A stretch of 63,528 nt of DNA, counting the filler, from Aduncisulcus paluster (lineage: Eukaryota): the NCBI GenBank assembly GCA_024181965.1. It is 5 parts of 5 records of this genome, joined end to end, with 100 filler letters (N's around TTAATTAATTAA, not from the genome) between each part and the next. Parts side by side here need not be neighbours in the genome. Positions count along the whole stretch, not along the records: positions 56,292 to 63,528 come from BQXS01013861.1; 4 more parts are not named here. One strand, written 5' to 3'. Positions 56,347 through 63,528 of the stretch are shown piece after piece. The notes under the pieces were generated by a model. That model was given only the letters and a program-made list of their open reading frames with translations. It was not told the origin of the DNA and made no database searches. Numbering within the stretch: position 1 is the stretch's first letter; the number at the start of each line of letters is the position of its first letter. A program made the translations under genes and the position numbers.

Positions 56347-59300
56347 ATGTTAAGGGGAAAAGGGGAAGTATTCTTATCCCATCTTTCCATTCCTTTTCCA
56401 TCGCCAAGCCCAATTGAACGTGCTTATATCTGTTTGGATACGTATTATAGTTCACCCTCTCTTCTCTTCACTTTCACTCTTTCTGATGGTAAGAAGATAT
56501 CCAAGAAGTATGAATTCACAGAACCCAAACATAGATATGAATGGCACTTTATTCCTATTGATTTATCAAATGTTATATTGTGTGAGATTCAAGGGAAAGG
56601 TACTTGGAAAGAGAAGAATAGTCAAGTATTTAACATCGAATCTCTCGTTTTCAGTGAAGTGCATGAACGTTGCTGGGCAGAAACTGTATGTTTGTAATTA
56701 TTTGTTTGTTTTATTAAAGTGAAACCTTTAGTTTATTCACCAATCTTATGATTCTTGTGATTCAAATTTTCTTCATTTTCTTCCAATTACCATTATATTT
56801 TAAATTTACGACAATTTCAAAGCCAGAATTCATGAACCCGGGAAATTCCAGTTTTATTCCTATTCCTCGTGACGATCCAGATATTATTAATCCTTCATTT
56901 GAATTGGTAAAGGGAAAGGATGCTTCAAAAAGGAAGGAATCTGAGGATTATGATCAAAGTTCAAATGCAAAAAGAATGCTAAAAGGGGAAGGGAATGTTA
57001 AATTATCCCATCTTTCCATCCCTTTTCCATCCCTTTGCTCTATAAAGGGTGCTTATATCTGTGTGAATAGGGATGAAAGTTCATCTCTTCTTCTCTTCAC
57101 TTTCACACTTTCTGATGGTACAAAGACATCCAAGAAGTATGAATTCACAAGACCTAAACATGATTATGAATGGCATTTTCTTCCTATTGATTTGGATAAT
57201 GTTGTATTGTGTGAGATTCGAGGGAAAGGAGCATGGGAAAAGAAGAATAGTCGATGGTTTTGTATCAATTCTCTTGTGTTTCTGAAAAAACATATTTATC
57301 TGAAAGAAGTTACATTTATTCATGAAGGAAATTATTCATGTATTCCAATTCCTCGAGATTCTCCAAATATTATCACTCCTGCATTTGGAGGGATTAAAGC
57401 AAGGAATGAAACTAGTGATGGAGAGGATAGGAGTGAAGATGAAACTAGTGATAGAAGGGATAGGAGTGAAGATGCCAAAAATATGATTAAAGGGGAGGAT
57501 TGCGGAAATTATTTCACTCATATTTCCATCCCTTTCTCTCCTTCCACCCCCATTAAAGGTGCTTACATATGTTTGCCAAGTTCTAGTGATGATTCATTTC
57601 CAATACATCTCATCTTCACTTTCACTTCTTCTACAGGGAATGTACGATCTATTAAGTATGAATTTCCTTCCTTTGCAATGGAAAGATGGTATTTCCTTTC
57701 AGTTGATCTTTCCGATATTGTTTTGTGTGAGATTGAAGGGGAATCTAAACAGAGAGGAGAGAGAGAAAAATCATTTTTTCCTGAATCTCTTGCTTTTATT
57801 CGAGAAGAAACTCCTGAAGAAACTCTACATCGGCATAGGGCTGAAAGTCAACTGTCAGAAATGTGGTTTCATGCTGTATGTTTGATATTTTTTGTACTTT
57901 TATCTAATTATTTATGTTTTGTTGTTAATTCATTTTCATTTCCACATTATTTTTTAGACACCCATAATGGCAAAAATGTTGTTTTATAATGTATGTTTGA
58001 CATTTTTTGTACTTTTGTCTTTTTATTTGTTTTGTTGTTAATTCATTTTCATTCTCAATTTGTTTAATTTTCTAAGACACCAAATATACCTTTCTTTCTT
58101 GCAAAAGGAGATAGATATACTCCTCCAATTCCCAGAGATGATCCACTTGTTATCAACCCTTCATTTGATTTGGTTAGAGGAAAGAATGATTCAAGAAGTA
58201 AGGAATCAAAGGAATATGATATAAGTTCAAACGCACAAAAAATGTTAAAGGAACATTTTAGTCGCCTTTCCTTATCCCATCTTTCCATTCCTTTTTCGTC
58301 CCCCAGTCCTATGAAAGCTGTTTATATTTGTGTGGGTAAAAAGATATTGAGATATGAAGATTGGAGTTCACCCTCTCTTCTCTTCTCTTTCACTCTTTCT
58401 AATGGTAAGAAGATACCCAAGAAGTATGAATTTACAAAACCTAAACATTTTGATGAATGGAATTTCCTTCATATTGATTTGTCTAATGTCGTATTGTGTG
58501 AAATTCAAGGAAAAGGAACATGGGAAGAGAAGAATAGTCGCTCTTTTCAAATCAAATCCCTTATTTTCATTACAGGTGATGATATTCCTCCTCTCCCATC
58601 CAATTCTTCCAAACTTATCAAACATGACTCCTTCACTCTCACTTCCTCTGCAACCATCACTCCTCAGTGCATCATTGGTCATGGTGGATTTGGTGAAGTT
58701 CTTCTTGTCGAGGTTGAAGGTATTCCCATTCCTTGTGTTCTGAAGAAGATGCTTCGGAAAGCTGATGAAAAAGTTGTCAAGACATGTCGCAAGGAATTTA
58801 AGGTGCAAAGAAAATTATTTAACAACCCCACATGTTTCAATCGTATCCCTCGTCCTTTGTATATTCTTGATCTTCTTGTTGCAGATTTGAAGGGAATTTA
58901 TGGATTCCTTATGGAGTTTTGTATTGGAGGTAGTGTGAGTTCATTTGCCAAGAAATGGTGTGTTGTTGATAAGTCTGAAAGTCAAGGAGATGGAAAAGAA
59001 GGAGAGGAAGAAGAATGCTCTTCTTCAGAAGAAGATAGTGATGATCACAAATATTTTGATCCAATGACACTAAACCCTGTGAAAGTGAGTGCCTTGTGTG
59101 TTGGAATGATTGAGTGTCTTGATGATGTGTTCAGGGCAAAGAAAGACCTTGTCCATCGAGATATTAAACCTGACAACTTCCTTGTTCGTGTTGATCCCGA
59201 TTCAAAGAAATGCACTGTTGTTCTCTCTGATCTTGGATTGGTCAAGATCTTAGATTCCATATCATCTTCAACAACTACCAAATCAGGTTTGATTCAGCCT

Positions 59301-60700
59301 ATTCATCTTGATACGAAAAAGGAAACTCAAAATCAAACCCCATCCAAATGTGGAACTCTTGTGTACAACTCTTATGAAACCCTTTTAGCTGGCACTCAAA
59401 CTCAGAAGAGTGATGGATATTCTCTTGGAATGTCGATTCTCGCTTTATTCATATGTGAACATCCTTTTGTTTCTTTGCCATTATTCAGAGAAGTTGTTAG
59501 AAAACACTTGGGAGATGATTTTAGGATTAATTTAGAGATTATGGGAGTATTAATGGGTCTGATGGAAAAGAATATNNNNNNNNNNNNNNNNNNNNTGTTG
59601 ATCCCGATTCAAAGAAATGCACTGTTGTTCTCTCTGATCTTGGATTGGTCAAGATCTTAGATTCCATATCATCTTCAACAACTACCAAATCAGGTTTGAT
59701 TCAGCCTATTCATCTTGATACGAAAAAGGAAACTCAAAATCAAACCCCATCCAAATGTGGAACTCTTGTGTACAACTCTTATGAAACCCTTTTAGCTGGC
59801 ACTCAAACTCAGAAGAGTGATGGATATTCTCTTGGAATGTCGATTCTCGCTTTATTCATATGTGAACATCCTTTTGTTTCTTTGCCATTATTCAGAGAAG
59901 TTGTTAGAAAACACTTGGGAGATGATTTTAGGATTAATTTAGAGATTATGGGAGTATTAATGGGTCTGATGGAAAAGAATATGTCTCCAAAACTTAGTCA
60001 ATCTCATTTATTTAAATCTTTATTAACGATTGAAGGTGGAAAATTCCAACCTGTTCATGCATGTTTGAGTGAAGTATTCACAGGTTTAACCCAATTTCAT
60101 ATTGACAAACGTATGAGTGTGCTCAGAGCTCGTGAGAAAGTGCAAAGCATCAAACATTTACTGCCAGATATTGGAGAAGGGTTTGAATGTCCATCTGTTG
60201 ATGATATTATCAAGGAACAAAAACAGAAACATTATGGATATTCTGGATCTATCATTGGTGGTCCAATGAGTCATTCAGAAGTACAAGAATCTACAATTAA
60301 TTCACATGATATTATTGATAGAGATCATGATGAGAGTGAAAAAGAAAGTGAAGAACAGAGTGGAAGAGATAAGGATCATATAACTCAATCAGTGTCTTCA
60401 AAGCTTCAAAGTACATTGGATCAGAGCACTGAAAAGGATAACAGAGATATGCCTTCTTATATGTTACATCAAGATGAATGTGAAGGCGAAACAAGTGGTT
60501 CACATTCCATAATTACATTAACAGATTCCAAGGAAACCAACCCAAGTAGATCTCGTGATATTTCATCATTTGCATCAAGTTATTCTATCCCAGTAACGAG
60601 TGAATATGATTCTTTGAGTATCTCTTCAACCAAGCAGAGTTCTATTGAATATCGGGATTATCTTGAATCGAGAGGATTGGATAGGGAGAAAGAAGAATAA
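56347..60700 (+). CDS. Multi-exon gene: four beta-sandwich modules, Ser/Thr kinase and low-complexity tail; exons ~56347-56685, 56823-57875, 57958-57990, 58077-60700
   Basis: Three phase-0 GTATGT...AG introns join the separate ORFs in frame. The kinase (IGHGGFGEV, HRDIKPDN, DLG, CGTLVYNSYE) is paralogous to the 13738 kinase. There is a duplicated block around the gap at 59576-59595, and the 5' end is uncertain. Confidence 0.8.
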
Positions 60701-60779
60701 TGGATATATTGATGAGTTAGAAAACTGGATCCTAGAGATATTCGCTTGTATTGGGGGATTTGAAGATGATCATTTTGAT

Positions 60780-60960
60780 TGAAGTCCAATGAGTTATTCA
60801 GAAGTACAATTAAATCACATGATATTATTGATGATAGAGAGCATGATGAGTGAAAAAGAAAGTGAAGAACAAAGTGGAAGAGATAAGGAATATGTAACTC
60901 AATCAGTATCTTCAGAACTTCAATCAAAGCACAGAGAAAGATACTAGAGATATCCCTCGA
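60780..60960 (+). repeat. Degenerate second copy of the kinase-tail coding repeat
   Basis: TCACATGATATTATTGAT...GATGAGTGAAAAAGAAAGTGAAGAACA.AGTGGAAGAGATAAGG...TAACTCAATCAGT repeats ~60265-60450 with frameshifts. Confidence 0.7.
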
Positions 60961-61171
60961 CATTTAGGATCAGGTGATTCATATTCATTTGGTGAGATCT
61001 TCACTGATGATCAACTTGGGAGATCTTCTGCATATGAATTTCAGCAACTTTCTTCAAAGTCAAAAAGACAAAGTTCAGTTGATCATCGAGATGGAAAATA
61101 ATACCAATTGCATTCATAAATCGCTATAGTTATCATAAATATTTAAGGGCGAAAGAATAACATCTTCTCCT

Positions 61172-63528
61172 TTACTGTTGATAATAGTCATTGAAATTCA
61201 ATAATAACCCTAGATTCTTAATATGGGCAAGTGATGGATTATCATCACTGATGCTCTGAGTCGTTCTAACCAATAAACTAACGGCTTTATCAATCTCATT
61301 TTCAGCCTCTTTTAAATCATCATCATTCCACCGAGTAATCTCCTTCACTGAATCATGTTCTCTGTCAAATCCAATGGTCTCACATACAGCATTCCACACA
61401 CAAAAAGGTACCATGTCTGTAAATTGATGCTCAGATTGTGTCAAAGAGTGCAAAATGAATGAATATTTCCCCTTTCGCAATACCAATACAGATTTATGGC
61501 AACATTCGATAACATTAGTAATTAACATCAACGTTTTTGTGGTATTTCCACACACACGAAGACAGACTTTCTGACAAAAACGTTCAATACAGTCACATAC
61601 ACCAGTGACAGAGAGAAGGGAATCCACAACATGTCGGCACGGGTCAACAACACTCGATCTACCTCTATCTTCTTCTTTCTCATTTCTATTTTTAGTACAA
61701 TAATGAGATGATCCCGAAATATAACCACTTCTCTTCATTGCACCTTTTCTTTTCCTTCCACTAAACATTTGACGCTTGTGTTTCTTGTTCTTTGTTGAAG
61801 TTGAACAACAAGAAGATACGGAGGTCAATTCATGGCGCATTTCCTTCTGAAGTTCCACCAGTGGTTGATTCATACCTTCAATGTGCATGTATTGCATGAA
61901 AACACGCACTATATGCAGTAATTTGAAGAAGAATCCAGCTTGTACCCTTGCTCTAGGTGTATAGTGAGATGAAGAGAATAGTTCAAAGGGAATAGAAGAT
62001 AAACCCAGTCTGGAAGGAAGACTTGATCCAGTTTCTTCATCTTTCTCTTCTTCTCCTCCTTCCTCTTCTTCCTCTTCACGTGATTTAAAGCCATAATCTA
62101 TAGATTCAGAGCTTGGAGTTGACACAGAAGAGCTCATTTCATCTGAACTACGCCATTTCAGATATCCAGATTCCCATACTTTCATCTCTTTCTTCACCCC
62201 TTCAATATCTTTCCTATGTAACTGACAGAAGAGAAGGGAATGCTGTAAATGGGCCAGGGAAAGGAGCAGAGAGAGGAGAAGAGAGAGTGTTGGGAAGAGA
62301 GAAGGAGGAAGGAAAGGAAGAATGTGTGGAGGAACACTAATGGACATTGAAAGACACAGAGTGGAATAAGGAGAGAGAGGAGAGATGGGCATCGAGAGAA
62401 AAGATGAAGGAGAAGAGGAGGAAGAAGAGGAAGAGGAAGAGGAGGAAGAGGAGGAAGGAGACATGGCATTTGAGGTGTTAGAAGAGAAGGAAGAAGCAGT
62501 TGAACGATGCGATAATCCTTGTTGAACTTGGAACATATCAATGACATGTCTTGGTTGGACAATTTCCACATTAAGAACCCTGTCACATATCGTCATTGCC
62601 GTTTCTATCTCTCCATCCCCCTCAATTTGATCCTCATTACTTCCGAATAAGGTCAACAAAGTTCTTCGGAGTTCATGGTTCTTGCACACCGATTGTACAA
62701 TGAGGTGTTTGACGAGTAGAGAAGAAGCAACGCTGTTTGTTTGGAGCTCTCCTTTTTCCAAAAGAGAAAGAAAACCATTCACCCATGCTGAAGCAACATC
62801 TCCTCTTCGCAATAGCATAATATCAGTTACAAAGTTCATGTATGCACTGATGCCAAGGTGTTTGTTTTGCAACAGGGAATGATAAGCCGTAATTCGGGAT
62901 AAATGAGTTCTTTGGAGAGATTTTACGAGAGCATTTGAATATATTTCAGTTAAAGAAGGTTGAATTAAAGGATGATTTGAAAAATATTTCATTATTCGTC
63001 TGGCCAGACATATCATGCATTCACAAGAAACGGTATGTTGCTTTGAGGATGTTTGAGATACCAATGTCGGTATTTGTTTCGTTCTTCTAATTATAGAATC
63101 AGATTCTATTTTTAGATCCATACTCGTGATATCAGTTCCATCAGCTTTATCTTCTCCAGCTCCATGGCATGCGGGTGTTTCCTCTCTTCCATCTTCTTCT
63201 CTCTTCTTGCTCAGTGAGTCATTTCTTGCAAGGCCCAATAGGTGAAAACGAGGGACATGCTGAGAATTATAAAAAGCATGAGTGTGAGAGAAAGGAGAAG
63301 GAGAGAGAGGAGAAAGAGGGAACAAGGGAGATCCACGGGCAATAGCTTCTTCAACGGGACATATGGTCATTGCTGGAATCACTGAAGACAAAGAATGCAA
63401 GAACATCTCCATGGTGACAATAGAATGGTCTGTTTTAGAGTAATACACGTCATCGTCATCCGTTATGATACAATTATCACCTGAAATACCCATGATATCA
63501 CGATGACTACTACGATACCTGGAGCTTT
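61172..63528 (-). CDS. Gamma-tubulin complex component (Spc97/Spc98/GCP family), GRIP2 region, 5'-partial
   Basis: YMNFVTDIMLLRRGDV, LSMSISVPPHILPFL...LLSLLLSL, LLHIVRVFMQYM and the terminal LGLLLNFNDYY match GRIP2 consensus blocks. Confidence 0.78.
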   Translation of the reverse strand, partial: SSRYRSSHRDIMGISGDNCIITDDDDVYYSKTDHSIVTMEMFLHSLSSVIPAMTICPVEEAIARGSPLFPLSPLSPSPFSHTHAFYNSQHVPRFHLLGLARNDSLSKKREEDGREETPACHGAGEDKADGTDITSMDLKIESDSIIRRTKQIPTLVSQTSSKQHTVSCECMICLARRIMKYFSNHPLIQPSLTEIYSNALVKSLQRTHLSRITAYHSLLQNKHLGISAYMNFVTDIMLLRRGDVASAWVNGFLSLLEKGELQTNSVASSLLVKHLIVQSVCKNHELRRTLLTLFGSNEDQIEGDGEIETAMTICDRVLNVEIVQPRHVIDMFQVQQGLSHRSTASSFSSNTSNAMSPSSSSSSSSSSSSSSSPSSFLSMPISPLSPYSTLCLSMSISVPPHILPFLPPSLFPTLSLLLSLLLSLAHLQHSLLFCQLHRKDIEGVKKEMKVWESGYLKWRSSDEMSSSVSTPSSESIDYGFKSREEEEEEGGEEEKDEETGSSLPSRLGLSSIPFELFSSSHYTPRARVQAGFFFKLLHIVRVFMQYMHIEGMNQPLVELQKEMRHELTSVSSCCSTSTKNKKHKRQMFSGRKRKGAMKRSGYISGSSHYCTKNRNEKEEDRGRSSVVDPCRHVVDSLLSVTGVCDCIERFCQKVCLRVCGNTTKTLMLITNVIECCHKSVLVLRKGKYSFILHSLTQSEHQFTDMVPFCVWNAVCETIGFDREHDSVKEITRWNDDDLKEAENEIDKAVSLLVRTTQSISDDNPSLAHIKNLGLLLNFNDYYQQ

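Overview
AT-rich eukaryotic (protist) genomic DNA. It is not one locus: five contigs or scaffolds are joined by artificial N44-TTAATTAATTAA-N44 linkers (19292-19391, 34327-34426, 43697-43796, 56192-56291), and several 20-N scaffold gaps have duplicated flanks. Dense genes, short GTATG...AG introns, Ser-rich insertions and an expanded beta-sandwich/kinase family suggest an anaerobic fornicate such as Aduncisulcus (inference only). Recognisable genes: copine (partial), a bacterial-type YqeC selenium-cofactor protein, ADAT3/Tad3, KRI1, three Ser/Thr kinases, a giant double-LCAT lipase, Vps51, an LRR/EGF surface protein, CAF-1 p60, U1-C and a gamma-tubulin complex component. A decayed transposon cluster holds two Ty3/gypsy elements (one a chromovirus), a tRNA-derived head and a possible MULE remnant. 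Best leads: YqeC embedded among eukaryotic genes; a ~130-170-aa beta-rich module present 9 times with variable loops and fused to kinases or coiled coils; a highly structured non-coding island at ~21200-21550; and a 33-nt micro-exon flanked by two paralogous introns.
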